Position numbers and translations under genes: made by a program. A stretch of 64,000 nt of DNA, taken from Auanema rhodensis (Eukaryota > Animalia > Nematoda). Positions within the stretch are counted from its first letter, which is position 1. The number at the start of each line of letters is the position of its first letter. Below the pieces are notes generated by a model that worked only from the letters and a program-made list of their open reading frames with translations, made no database searches and was not told the origin of the DNA. This document shows positions 1 to 14,080 of this stretch, piece after piece. Location: assembly GCA_964057225.1 (NCBI GenBank), contig CAXKVF010000082.1:186001-250000 (forward strand), read 5' to 3'.

Positions 1-3
1 AAG

Positions 4-18
4 TCATGGTTACCATGA
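4..18. other. 15-bp interrupted palindrome TCATGGT-T-ACCATGA (shown for M1; in consensus monomers)
   Basis: Perfect 7-bp arms flank one central base and contain a BstEII site (GGTNACC). Confidence 0.9.
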
Positions 19-96
19 AGCAATATCAATAAAAATTTGTTTTTAGACTAATATGGACATGGGGAATCTAATTTTGAAAACCGCATCTCTTTATCT

Positions 97-106
97 TTCA
101 CGTGAA
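97..106. other. 10-bp palindrome TTCACGTGAA with E-box/G-box core (shown for M1); function unknown
   Basis: Read directly. A second CACGTG lies at p131-136 and a near copy, CACGTA, at p164-169. Confidence 0.85.
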
Positions 107-2464
107 GCGAGTTACATACCAAGTGCACATCACGTGTACATTTAATTAGCATAAATTAAAGTTCACGTAAATTTCAAAGTCATGGTTACCATGAACCAAT
201 ATCAATAAAAATTTGTTTTTAGACTAATATGGACATGGGGAATCTAATTTTGAAAACCGCATCTCTTTATCTTTCACGTGAAGCGAGTTACATACCAAGT
301 GCACATCACGTGTACATTTAATTAGCATAAATTAAAGTTCACGTAAAATTCAAAGTCATGGTTACCATGCACCAATATCAATAAAAATTTGTTTTTAGAC
401 TAATATGGACATGTGGAATCTAATTTTGAAAACCGCATCTCTTTATCTTTCACGTGAAGCGAGTTACATACCAAGTGCACATCACGTGTACATTTAATTA
501 GCATAAATTAAAGTTCACGTAAATTTCAAAGTCATGGTTACCATGAACCAATATCAATAAAAATTTGTTTTTAGACTAATATGGACATGGGGAATCTAAT
601 TTTGGAAACAGCATCTCTTTATCTTTCACGTGAAGCGAGTTACATACCAAATGCACATCACGTGTACATTTAATTAGCATAAATTAAAGTTCACGTAAAT
701 TTCAAAGTCATGGTTACCATGAACCAATATCAATAAAAATTTGTTTTTAGACTAATATGGACATGGGGAATCTAATTTTGAAAACCGCATCTCTTTATCT
801 TTCACGTGAAGCGAGTTACATACCAAGTGCACATCACGTGTACATTTAATTAGCATAAATTAAAGTTCACGTAAAATTCAAAGTCATGGTTACCATGAAC
901 CAATATCAATAAAAATTTGTTTTTAGACTAATATGGACATGGGGAATCTAATTTTGAAAACCGCATCTCTTTATCTTTCACGTGAAGCGAGTTACATACC
1001 AAGTGCACATCACGTGTACATTTAATTAGCATAAATTAAAGTTCACGTAAATTTCAAAGTCATGGTTAGCATGAACCAATATCAATAAAAATTTGTTTTT
1101 AGACTAATATGGACATGGGGAATCTAATTTTGAAAACCGCATCTCTTTATCTTTCACGTGAAGCGAGTTACATACCAAGTGCACATCACGTGTACATTTA
1201 ATTAGCATAAATTAAAGTTCACGTAAATTTCAAAGTCATGGTTACCATGAAGCAATATCAATAAAAATTTGTTTTTAGACTAATATGGACATGGGGAATC
1301 TAATTTTGAAAACCGCATCTCTTTATCTTTCACGTGAAGCGAGTTACATACCAAGTGCACATCACGTGTACATTTAATTAGCATAAATTAAAGTTCACGT
1401 AAATTTCAAAGTCATGGTTAGCATGAACCAATATCAATAAAAATTTGTTTTTAGACTAATATGGACATGGGGAATCTAATTTTGAAAACCGCATCCTTTT
1501 ATCTTTCACGTGAAGCGAGTTACATACCAAGTGCACATCACGTGTACATTTAATTAGCATAAATTAAAGTTCACGTAAATTTCAAAGTCATGGTTACCAT
1601 GAAGCAATATCAATAAAAATTTGTTTTTAGACTAATATGGACATGGGGAATCTAATTTTGAAAACCGCATCTCTTTATCTTTCACGTGAAGCGAGTTACA
1701 TACCAAGTGCACATCACGTGTACATTTAATTAGCATAAATTAAAGTTCACGTAAATTTCAAAGTCATGGTTACCATGAACCAATATCAATAAAAATTTGT
1801 TTTTAGACTAATATGGACATGGGGAATCTAATTTTGAAAACCGCATCTCTTTATCTTTCACGTGAAGCGAGTTACATACCAAGTGCACATCACGTGTACA
1901 TTTAATTAGCATAAATTAAAGTTCACGTAAAATTCAAAGTCATGGTTACCATGCACCAATATCAATAAAAATTTGTTTTTAGACTAATATGGACATGTGG
2001 AATCTAATTTTGAAAACCGCATCTCTTTATCTTTCACGTGAAGCGAGTTACATACCAAGTGCACATCACGTGTACATTTAATTAGCATAAATTAAAGTTC
2101 ACGTAAATTTCAAAGTCATGGTTACCATGAACCAATATCAATAAAAATTTGTTTTTAGACTAATATGGACATGGGGAATCTAATTTTGGAAACAGCATCT
2201 CTTTATCTTTCACGTGAAGCGAGTTACATACCAAATGCACATCACGTGTACATTTAATTAGCATAAATTAAAGTTCACGTAAATTTCAAAGTCATGGTTA
2301 CCATGAACCAATATCAATAAAAATTTGTTTTTAGACTAATATGGACATGGGGAATCTAATTTTGAAAACCGCATCTCTTTATCTTTCACGTGAAGCGAGT
2401 TACATACCAAGTGCACATCACGTGTACATTTAATTAGCATAAATTAAAGTTCACGTAAAATTCA

Positions 2465-5400
2465 AAGTCATGGTTACCATGAACCAATATCAATAAAAAT
2501 TTGTTTTTAGACTAATATGGACATGGGGAATCTAATTTTGAAAACCGCATCTCTTTATCTTTCACGTGAAGCGAGTTACATACCAAGTGCACATCACGTG
2601 TACATTTAATTAGCATAAATTAAAGTTCACGTAAATTTCAAAGTCATGGTTAGCATGAACCAATATCAATAAAAATTTGTTTTTAGACTAATATGGACAT
2701 GGGGAATCTAATTTTGAAAACCGCATCTCTTTATCTTTCACGTGAAGCGAGTTACATACCAAGTGCACATCACGTGTACATTTAATTAGCATAAATTAAA
2801 GTTCACGTAAATTTCAAAGTCATGGTTACCATGAAGCAATATCAATAAAAATTTGTTTTTAGACTAATATGGACATGGGGAATCTAATTTTGAAAACCGC
2901 ATCTCTTTATCTTTCACGTGAAGCGAGTTACATACCAAGTGCACATCACGTGTACATTTAATTAGCATAAATTAAAGTTCACGTAAATTTCAAAGTCATG
3001 GTTACCATGAACCAATATCAATAAAAATTTGTTTTTAGACTAATATGGACATGGGGAATCTAATTTTGAAAACCGCATCTCTTTATCTTTCACGTGAAGC
3101 GAGTTACATACCAAGTGCACATCACGTGTACATTTAATTAGCATAAATTAAAGTTCACGTAAAATTCAAAGTCATGGTTACCATGCACCAATATCAATAA
3201 AAATTTGTTTTTAGACTAATATGGACATGTGGAATCTAATTTTGAAAACCGCATCTCTTTATCTTTCACGTGAAGCGAGTTACATACCAAGTGCACATCA
3301 CGTGTACATTTAATTAGCATAAATTAAAGTTCACGTAAATTTCAAAGTCATGGTTACCATGAACCAATATCAATAAAAATTTGTTTTTAGACTAATATGG
3401 ACATGGGGAATCTAATTTTGGAAACCGCATCTCTTTATCTTTCACGTGAAGCGAGTTACATACCAAATGCACATCACGTGTACATTTAATTAGCATAAAT
3501 TAAAGTTCACGTAAATTTCAAAGTCATGGTTACCATGAACCAATATCAATAAAAATTTGTTTTTAGACTAATATGGACATGGGGAATCTAATTTTGAAAA
3601 CCGCATCTCTTTATCTTTCACGTGAAGCGAGTTACATACCAAGTGCACATCACGTGTACATTTAATTAGCATAAATTAAAGTTCACGTAAAATTCAAAGT
3701 CATGGTTACCATGCACCAATATCAATAAAAATTTGTTTTTAGACTAATATGGACATGGGGAATCTAATTTTGAAAACCGCATCTCTTTATCTTTCACGTG
3801 AAGCGAGTTACATACCAAGTGCACATCACGTGTACATTTAATTAGCATAAATTAAAGTTCACGTAAATTTCAAAGTCATGGTTACCATGAACCAATATCA
3901 ATAAAAATTTGTTTTTAGACTAATATGGACATGGGGAATCTAATTTTGAAAACCGCATCTCTTTATCTTTCACGTGAAGCGAGTTACATACCAAGTGCAC
4001 ATCACGTGTACATTTAATTAGCATAAATTAAAGTTCACGTAAATTTCAAAGTCATGGTTACCATGAACCAATATCAATAAAAATTTGTTTTTAGACTAAT
4101 ATGAACATGGGGAATCTAATTTTGGAAACCGCATCTCTTTATCTTTCACGTGAAGCGAGTTACATACCAAGTGCACATCACGTGTACATTTAATTAGCAT
4201 AAATTAAAGTTCACGTAAATTTCAAAGTCATGGTTACCATGAAGCAATATCAATAAAAATTTGTTTTTAGACTAATATGGACATGGGGAATCTAATTTTG
4301 AAAACCGCATCTCTTTATCTTTCACGTGAAGCGAGTTACATACCAAGTGCACATCACGTGTACATTTAATTAGCATAAATTAAAGTTCACGTAAAATTCA
4401 AAGTCATGGTTACCATGCACCAATATCAATAAAAATTTGTTTTTAGACTAATATGGACATGGGGAATCTAATTTTGAAAACCGCATCTCTTTATCTTTCA
4501 CGTGAAGCGAGTTACATACCAAGTGCACATCACGTGTACATTTAATTAGCATAAATTAAAGTTCACGTAAATTTCAAAGTCATGGTTACCATGCACCAAT
4601 ATCAATAAAAATTTGTTTTTAGACTAATATAGACATGGGGAATCTAATTTTGAAAACCGCATCTCTTTATCTTTCACGTGAAGCGAGTTACATACCAAGT
4701 GCACATCACGTGTACATTTAATTAGCATAAATTAAAGTTCACGTAAAATTCAAAGTCATGGTTACCATGAACCAATATCAATAAAAATTTGTTTTTAGAC
4801 TAATATGGACATGGGGAATCTAATTTTGAAAACCGCATCTCTTTATCTTTCACGTGAAGCGAGTTACATACCAAGTGCACATCACGTGTACATTTAATTA
4901 GCATAAATTAAAGTTCACGTAAATTTCAAAGTCATGGTTAGCATGAACCAATATCAATAAAAATTTGTTTTTAGACTAATATGGACATGGGGAATCTAAT
5001 TTTGAAAACCGCATCTCTTTATCTTTCACGTGAAGCGAGTTACATACCAAGTGCACATCACGTGTACATTTAATTAGCATAAATTAAAGTTCACGTAAAT
5101 TTCAAAGTCATGGTTACCATGAAGCAATATCAATAAAAATTTGTTTTTAGACTAATATGGACATGGGGAATCTAATTTTGAAAACCGCATCTCTTTATCT
5201 TTCACGTGAAGCGAGTTACATACCAAGTGCACATCACGTGTACATTTAATTAGCATAAATTAAAGTTCACGTAAATTTCAAAGTCATGGTTACCATGAAC
5301 CAATATCAATAAAAATTTGTTTTTAGACTAATATGGACATGGGGAATCTAATTTTGAAAACCGCATCTCTTTATCTTTCACGTGAAGCGAGTTACATACC

Positions 5401-7040
5401 AAGTGCACATCACGTGTACATTTAATTAGCATAAATTAAAGTTCACGTAAAATTCAAAGTCATGGTTACCATGCACCAATATCAATAAAAATTTGTTTTT
5501 AGACTAATATGGACATGTGGAATCTAATTTTGAAAACCGCATCTCTTTATCTTTCACGTGAAGCGAGTTACATACCAAGTGCACATCACGTGTACATTTA
5601 ATTAGCATAAATTAAAGTTCACGTAAATTTCAAAGTCATGGTTACCATGAACCAATATCAATAAAAATTTGTTTTTAGACTAATATGGACATGGGGAATC
5701 TAATTTTGGAAACCGCATCTCTTTATCTTTCACGTGAAGCGAGTTACATACCAAATGCACATCACGTGTACATTTAATTAGCATAAATTAAAGTTCACGT
5801 AAATTTCAAAGTCATGGTTACCATGAACCAATATCAATAAAAATTTGTTTTTAGACTAATATGGACATGGGGAATCTAATTTTGAAAACCGCATCTCTTT
5901 ATCTTTCACGTGAAGCGAGTTACATACCAAGTGCACATCACGTGTACATTTAATTAGCATAAATTAAAGTTCACGTAAAATTCAAAGTCATGGTTACCAT
6001 GCACCAATATCAATAAAAATTTGTTTTTAGACTAATATGGACATGGGGAATCTAATTTTGAAAACCGCATCTCTTTATCTTTCACGTGAAGCGAGTTACA
6101 TACCAAGTGCACATCACGTGTACATTTAATTAGCATAAATTAAAGTTCACGTAAATTTCAAAGTCATGGTTACCATGAACCAATATCAATAAAAATTTGT
6201 TTTTAGACTAATATGGACATGGGGAATCTAATTTTGAAAACCGCATCTCTTTATCTTTCACGTGAAGCGAGTTACATACCAAGTGCACATCACGTGTACA
6301 TTTAATTAGCATAAATTAAAGTTCACGTAAATTTCAAAGTCATGGTTACCATGAACCAATATCAATAAAAATTTGTTTTTAGACTAATATGAACATGGGG
6401 AATCTAATTTTGGAAACCGCATCTCTTTATCTTTCACGTGAAGCGAGTTACATACCAAGTGCACATCACGTGTACATTTAATTAGCATAAATTAAAGTTC
6501 ACGTAAATTTCAAAGTCATGGTTACCATGAAGCAATATCAATAAAAATTTGTTTTTAGACTAATATGGACATGGGGAATCTAATTTTGAAAACCGCATCT
6601 CTTTATCTTTCACGTGAAGCGAGTTACATACCAAGTGCACATCACGTGTACATTTAATTAGCATAAATTAAAGTTCACGTAAAATTCAAAGTCATGGTTA
6701 CCATGCACCAATATCAATAAAAATTTGTTTTTAGACTAATATGGACATGGGGAATCTAATTTTGAAAACCGCATCTCTTTATCTTTCACGTGAAGCGAGT
6801 TACATACCAAGTGCACATCACGTGTACATTTAATTAGCATAAATTAAAGTTCACGTAAATTTCAAAGTCATGGTTACCATGCACCAATATCAATAAAAAT
6901 TTGTTTTTAGACTAATATAGACATGGGGAATCTAATTTTGAAAACCGCATCTCTTTATCTTTCACGTGAAGCGAGTTACATACCAAGTGCACATCACGTG
7001 TACATTTAATTAGCATAAATTAAAGTTCACGTAAATTTCA
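2465..7040. repeat. 13-monomer (2288 bp) tandem duplication: M15-27 = M28-40
   Basis: The variant order is the same, including the rare G56A+A77G (M24/M37), A18C+G55A (M27/M40), C13G (M16/M29) and A77G+G123A (M20/M33). Confidence 0.88.
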
Positions 7041-10000
7041 AAGTCATGGTTACCATGAAGCAATATCAATAAAAATTTGTTTTTAGACTAATATGGTCAT
7101 GGGGAATCTAATTTTGAAAACCGCATCTCTTTATCTTTCACGTGAAGCGAGTTACATACCAAGTGCACATCACGTGTACATTTAATTAGCATAAATTAAA
7201 GTTCACGTAAATTTCAAAGTCATGGTTACCATGAAGCAATATCAATAAAAATTTGTTTTTAGACTAATATGGACATGGGGAATCTAATTTTGAAAACCGC
7301 ATCTCTTTATCTTTCACGTGAAGCGAGTTACATACCAAGTGCACATCACGTGTACATTTAATTAGCATAAATTAAAGTTCACGTAAATTTCAAAGTCATG
7401 GTTACCATGAAGCAATATCAATAAAAATTTGTTTTTAGACTAATATGGACATGGGGAATCTAATTTTGAAAACCGCATCTCTTTATCTTTCACGTGAAGC
7501 GAGTTACATATCAAGTGCACATCACGTGTACATTTAATTAGCATAAATTAAAGTTCACGTAAATTTCAAAGTCATGGTTACCATGAACCAATATCAATAA
7601 AAATTTGTTTTTAGACTAATATGGACATGGGGAATCTAATTTTGAAAACCGCATCTCTTTATCTTTCACGTGAAGCGAGTTACATACCAAGTGCACATCA
7701 CGTGTACATTTAATTAGCATAAATTAAAGTTCACGTAAAATTCAAAGTCATGGTTACCATGCACCAATATCAATAAAAATTTGTTTTTAGACTAATATGG
7801 ACATGTGGAATCTAATTTTGAAAACCGCATCTCTTTATCTTTCACGTGAAGCGAGTTACATACCAAGTGCACATCACGTGTACATTTAATTAGCATAAAT
7901 TAAAGTTCACGTAAATTTCAAAGTCATGGTTACCATGAACCAATATCAATAAAAATTTGTTTTTAGACTAATATGGACATGGGGAATCTAATTTTGGAAA
8001 CCGCATCTCTTTATCTTTCACGTGAAGCGAGTTACATACCAAGTGCACATCACGTGTACATTTAATTAGCATAAATTAAAGTTCACGTAAATTTCAAAGT
8101 CATGGTTACCATGCACCAATATCAATAAAAATTTGTTTTTAGACTAATATGGACATGGGGAATCTAATTTTGAAAACCGCATCTCTTTATCTTTCACGTG
8201 AAGCGAGTTACATACCAAGTGCACATCACGTGTACATTTAATTAGCATAAATTAAAGTTCACGTAAATTTCAAAGTCATGGTTACCATGAAGCAATATCA
8301 ATAAAAATTTGTTTTTAGACTAATATGGACATGGGGAATCTAATTTTGAAAACCGCATCTCTTTATCTTTCACGTGAAGCGAGTTACATACCAAGTGCAC
8401 ATCACGTGTACATTTAATTAGCATAAATTAAAGTTCACGTAAATTTCAAAGTCATGGTTACCATGAACCAATATCAATAAAAATTTGTTTTTAGACTAAT
8501 ATGGACATGGGGAATCTAATTTTGAAAACCTCATCTCTTTATCTTTCACGTGAAGCGAGTTACATACCAAGTGCACATCACGTGTACATTTAATTAGCAT
8601 AAATTAAAGTTCACGTAAATTTCAAAGTCATGGTTACCATGAACCAATATCAATAAAAATTTGTTTTTAGACTAATATGGACATGGGGAATCTAATTTTG
8701 AAAACCGCATCTCTTTATCTTTCACGTGAAGCGAGTTACATACCAAGTGCACATCACGTGTACATTCAATTAGCATAAATTAAAGTTCACGTAAATTTCA
8801 AAGTCATGGTTACCATGAACCAATATCAATAAAAATTTGTTTTTAGACTAATATGGACATGGGGAATCTAATTTTGAAAACCGCATCTCTTTATCTTTCA
8901 CGTGAAGCGAGTTACATACCAAGTGCACATCACGTGTAAATTTAATTAGCATAAATTAAAGTTCACGTAAATTTCAAAGTCATGGTTACCATGAAGCAAT
9001 ATCAATAAAAATTTGTTTTTAGACTAATATGGACATGGGGAATCTAATTTTGAAAACCGCATCTCTTTATCTTTCACGTGAAGCGAGTTACATACCAAGT
9101 GCACATCACGTGTACATTTAATTAGCATAAATTAAAGTTCACGTAAATTTCAAAGTCATGGTTACCATGAACCAATATCAATAAAAATTTGTTTTTAGAC
9201 TAATATGGACATGGGGAATCTAATTTTGAAAACCGCATCTCTTTATCTTTCACGTGAAGCGAGTTACATACCAAGTGCACATCACGTGTACATTTAATTA
9301 GCATAAATTAAAGTTCACGTAAATTTCAAAGTCATGGTTACCATGCACCAATATCAATAAAAATTTGTTTTTAGACTAATATGGACATGGGGAATCTAAT
9401 TTTGAAAACCGCATCTCTTTATCTTTCACGTGAAGCGAGTTACATACCAAGTGCACATCACGTGTACATTTAATTAGCATAAATTAAAGTTCACGTAAAT
9501 TTCAAAGTCATGGTTACCATGAACCAATATCAATAAAAATTTGTTTTTAGACTAATATGGACATGGGGAATCTAATTTTGAAAACCGCATCTCTTTATCT
9601 TTCACGTGAAGCGAGTTACATACCAAGTGCACATCACGTGTACATTTAATTAGCATAAATTAAAGTTCACGTAAATTTCAAAGTCATGGTTACCATGAAG
9701 CAATATCAATAAAAATTTGTTTTTAGACTAATATGGACATGGGGAATCTAATTTTGAAAACCGCATCTCTTTATCTTTCACGTGAAGCGAGTTACATACC
9801 AAGTGCACATCACGTGTACATTTAATTAGCATAAATTAAAGTTCACGTAAATTTCAAAGTCATGGTTACCATGAACCAATATCAATAAAAATTTGTTTTT
9901 AGACTAATATGGACATGGGGAATCTAATTTTGAAAACCGCATCTCTTTATCTTTCACGTGAAGCGAGTTACATACCAAGTGCACATCACGTGTACATTTA

Positions 10001-12320
10001 ATTAGCATAAATTAAAGTTCACGTAAATTTCAAAGTCATGGTTACCATGAACCAATATCAATAAAAATTTGTTTTTAGACTAATATGGACATGGGGAATC
10101 TAATTTTGAAAACCGCATCTCTTTATCTTTCACGTGAAGCGAGTTACATACCAAGTGCACATCACGTGTACATTTAATTAGCATAAATTAAAGTTCACGT
10201 AAATTTCAAAGTCATGGTTACCATGCACCAATATCAATAAAAATTTGTTTTTAGACTAATATGGACATGGGGAATCTAATTTTGAAAACCGCATCTCTTT
10301 ATCTTTCACGTGAAGCGAGTTACATACCAAGTGCACATCACGTGTACATTTAATTAGCATAAATTAAAGTTCACGTAAATTTCAAAGTCATGGTTACCAT
10401 GAACCAATATCAATAAAAATTTGTTTTTAGACTAATATGGACATGGGGAATCTAATTTTGAAAACCGCATCTCTTTATCTTTCACGTGAAGCGAGTTACA
10501 TACCAAGTGCACATCACGTGTACATTTAATTAGCATAAATTAAAGTTCACGTAAATTTCAAAGTCATGGTTACCATGAAGCAATATCAATAAAAATTTGT
10601 TTTTAGACTAATATGGACATGGGGAATCTAATTTTGAAAACCGCATCTCTTTATCTTTCACGTGAAGCGAGTTACATACCAAGTGCACATCACGTGTACA
10701 TTTAATTAGCATAAATTAAAGTTCACGTAAATTTCAAAGTCATGGTTACCATGAACCAATATCAATAAAAATTTGTTTTTAGACTAATATGGACATGGGG
10801 AATCTAATTTTGAAAACCGCATCTCTTTATCTTTCACGTGAAGCGAGTTACATACCAAGTGCACATCACGTGTACATTTAATTAGCATAAATTAAAGTTC
10901 ACGTAAATTTCAAAGTCATGGTTACCATGAAGCAATATCAATAAAAATTTGTTTTTAGACTAATATGGACATGGGGAATCTAATTTTGAAAACCGCATCT
11001 CTTTATCTTTCACGTGAAGCGAGTTACATATCAAGTGCACATCACGTGTACATTTAATTAGCATAAATTAAAGTTCACGTAAATTTCAAAGTCATGGTTA
11101 CCATGAACCAATATCAATAAAAATTTGTTTTTAGACTAATATGGACATGGGGAATCTAATTTTGAAAACCGCATCTCTTTATCTTTCACGTGAAGCGAGT
11201 TACATACCAAGTGCACATCACGTGTACATTTAATTAGCATAAATTAAAGTTCACGTAAAATTCAAAGTCATTATTACCATGCACCAATATCAATAAAAAT
11301 TTGTTTTTAGACTAATATGGACATGTGGAATCTAATTTTGAAAACCGCATCTCTTTATCTTTCACGTGAAGCGAGTTACATACCAAGTGCACATCACGTG
11401 TACATTTAATTAGCATAAATTAAAGTTCACGTAAATTTCAAAGTCATGGTTACCATGAACCAATATCAATAAAAATTTGTTTTTAGACTAATATGGACAT
11501 GGGGAATCTAATTTTGGAAACCGCATCTCTTTATCTTTCACGTGAAGCGAGTTACATACCAAGTGCACATCACGTGTACATTTAATTAGCATAAATTAAA
11601 GTTCACGTAAATTTCAAAGTCATGGTTACCATGAACCAATATCAATAAAAATTTGTTTTTAGACTAATATGGACATGTGGAATCTAATTTTGAAAACCGC
11701 ATCTCTTTATCTTTCACGTGAAGCGAGTTACATACCAAGTGCACATCACGTGTACATTTAATTAGCATAAATTAAAGTTCACGTAAATTTCAAAGTCATG
11801 GTTACCATGCACCAATATCAATAAAAATTTGTTTTTAGACTAATATGGACATGGGGAATCTAATTTTGAAAACCGCATCTCTTTATCTTTCACGTGAAGC
11901 GAGTTACATACCAAGTGCACATCACGTGTACATTTAATTAGCATAAATTAAAGTTCACGTAAATTTCAAAGTCATGGTTACCATGAACCAATATCAATAA
12001 AAATTTGTTTTTAGACTAATATGGACATGGGGAATCTAATTTTGAAAACCGCATCTCTTTATCTTTCACGTGAAGCGAGTTACATACCAAGTGCACATCA
12101 CGTGTACATTTAATTAGCATAAATTAAAGTTCACGTAAATTTCAAAGTCATGGTTACCATGAACCTATATCAATAAAAATTTGTTTTTAGACTAATATGG
12201 ACATGGGGAATCTAATTTTGAAAACCTCATCTCTTTATCTTTCACGTGAAGCGAGTTACATACCAAGTGCACATCACGTGTACATTTAATTAGCATAAAT
12301 TAAAGTTCACGTAAATTTCA

Positions 12321-14080
12321 AAGTCATGGTTACCATGAACCAATATCAATAAAAATTTGTTTTTAGACTAATATGGACATGGGGAATCTAATTTTGAAAA
12401 CCGCATCTCTTTATCTTTCACGTGAAGCGAGTTACATACCAAGTGCACATCACGTGTACATTCAATTAGCATAAATTAAAGTTCACGTAAATTTCAAAGT
12501 CATGGTTACCATGAACCAATATCAATAAAAATTTGTTTTTAGACTAATATGGACATGGGGAATCTAATTTTGAAAACCGCATCTCTTTATCTTTCACGTG
12601 AAGCGAGTTACATACCAAGTGCACATCACGTGTAAATTTAATTAGCATAAATTAAAGTTCACGTAAATTTCAAAGTCATGGTTACCATGAAGCAATATCA
12701 ATAAAAATTTGTTTTTAGACTAATATGGACATGTGGAATCTAATTTTGAAAACCGCATCTCTTTATCTTTCACGTGAAGCGAGTTACATACCAAGTGCAC
12801 ATCACGTGTACATTTAATTAGCATAAATTAAAGTTCACGTAAATTTCAAAGTCATGGTTACCATGAACCAATATCAATAAAAATTTGTTTTTAGACTAAT
12901 ATGGACATGGGGAATCTAATTTTGAAAACCGCATCTCTTTATCTTTCACGTGAAGCGAGTTACATACCAAGTGCACATCACGTGTACATTTAATTAGCAT
13001 AAATTAAAGTTCACGTAAAATTCAAAGTCATGGTTACCATGCACCAATATCAATAAAAATTTGTTTTTAGACTAATATGGACATGTGGAATCTAATTTTG
13101 AAAACCGCATCTCTTTATCTTTCACGTGAAGCGAGTTACATACCAAGTGCACATCACGTGTACATTTAATTAGCATAAATTAAAGTTCACGTAAATTTCA
13201 AAGTCATGGTTACCATGAACCAATATCAATAAAAATTTGTTTTTAGACTAATATGGACATGGGGAATCTAATTTTGAAAACCGCATCTCTTTATCTTTCA
13301 CGTGAAGCGAGTTACATACCAAGTGCACATCACGTGTACATTCAATTAGCATAAATTAAAGTTCACGTAAATTTCAAAGTCATGGTTACCATGAACCAAT
13401 ATCAATAAAAATTTGTTTTTAGACTAATATGGACATGGGGAATCTAATTTTGAAAACCGCATCTCTTTATCTTTCACGTGAAGCGAGTTACATACCAAGT
13501 GCACATCACGTGTAAATTTAATTAGCATAAATTAAAGTTCACGTAAATTTCAAAGTCATGGTTACCATGAAGCAATATCAATAAAAATTTGTTTTTAGAC
13601 TAATATGGACATGTGGAATCTAATTTTGAAAACCGCATCTCTTTATCTTTCACGTGAAGCGAGTTACATACCAAGTGCACATCACGTGTACATTTAATTA
13701 GCATAAATTAAAGTTCACGTAAATTTCAAAGTCATGGTTACCATGAACCAATATCAATAAAAATTTGTTTTTAGACTAATATGGACATGGGGAATCTAAT
13801 TTTGAAAACCGCATCTCTTTATCTTTCACGTGAAGCGAGTTACATACCAAGTGCACATCACGTGTACATTTAATTAGCATAAATTAAAGTTCACGTAAAA
13901 TTCAAAGTCATGGTTACCATGCACCAATATCAATAAAAATTTGTTTTTAGACTAATATGGACATGTGGAATCTAATTTTGAAAACCGCATCTCTTTATCT
14001 TTCACGTGAAGCGAGTTACATACCAAGTGCACATCACGTGTACATTTAATTAGCATAAATTAAAGTTCACGTAAATTTCA
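12321..14080. repeat. 5-monomer (880 bp) tandem duplication: M71-75 = M76-80
   Basis: The order T143C; C139A; C20G+G62T; T172A; A18C+G62T occurs twice in succession. Confidence 0.88.

Larger units (their letters stand above)
1..2992. repeat. Duplicated block with 9-monomer (1584 bp) offset: M1-8 = M10-17
   Basis: Both copies have the same ordered variants: C20G; T172A; A18C+G62T; A77G+C82A+G123A; T172A; consensus; C13G; C20G. C82A is seen only in M4 and M13. Confidence 0.85.

Noticed and set aside
28-33. AATAAA polyadenylation signal and promoter-like AT motifs in each monomer
   Set aside because: These are expected by chance at 68% AT, and there is no transcription-unit context.
95-112. 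CENP-B box
   Set aside because: The required TTCG....A..CGGG pattern is absent on both strands of the consensus.
129-176. Budding-yeast-type point centromere (CDEI followed by AT-rich DNA)
   Set aside because: Only the 8-bp CDEI match is present. There is no ~80-bp >90% AT CDEII, no recognisable CDEIII, and point centromeres are not tandem arrays.
1-176. Assignment to known ~176-bp satellites (Brassica CentBr, honeybee AluI family, Arabidopsis CEN178, alpha satellite)
   Set aside because: Only the length is similar. I recognise no sequence similarity, and the consensus has no AluI or HindIII site (AGCT appears only in three variant monomers). A database search is needed.
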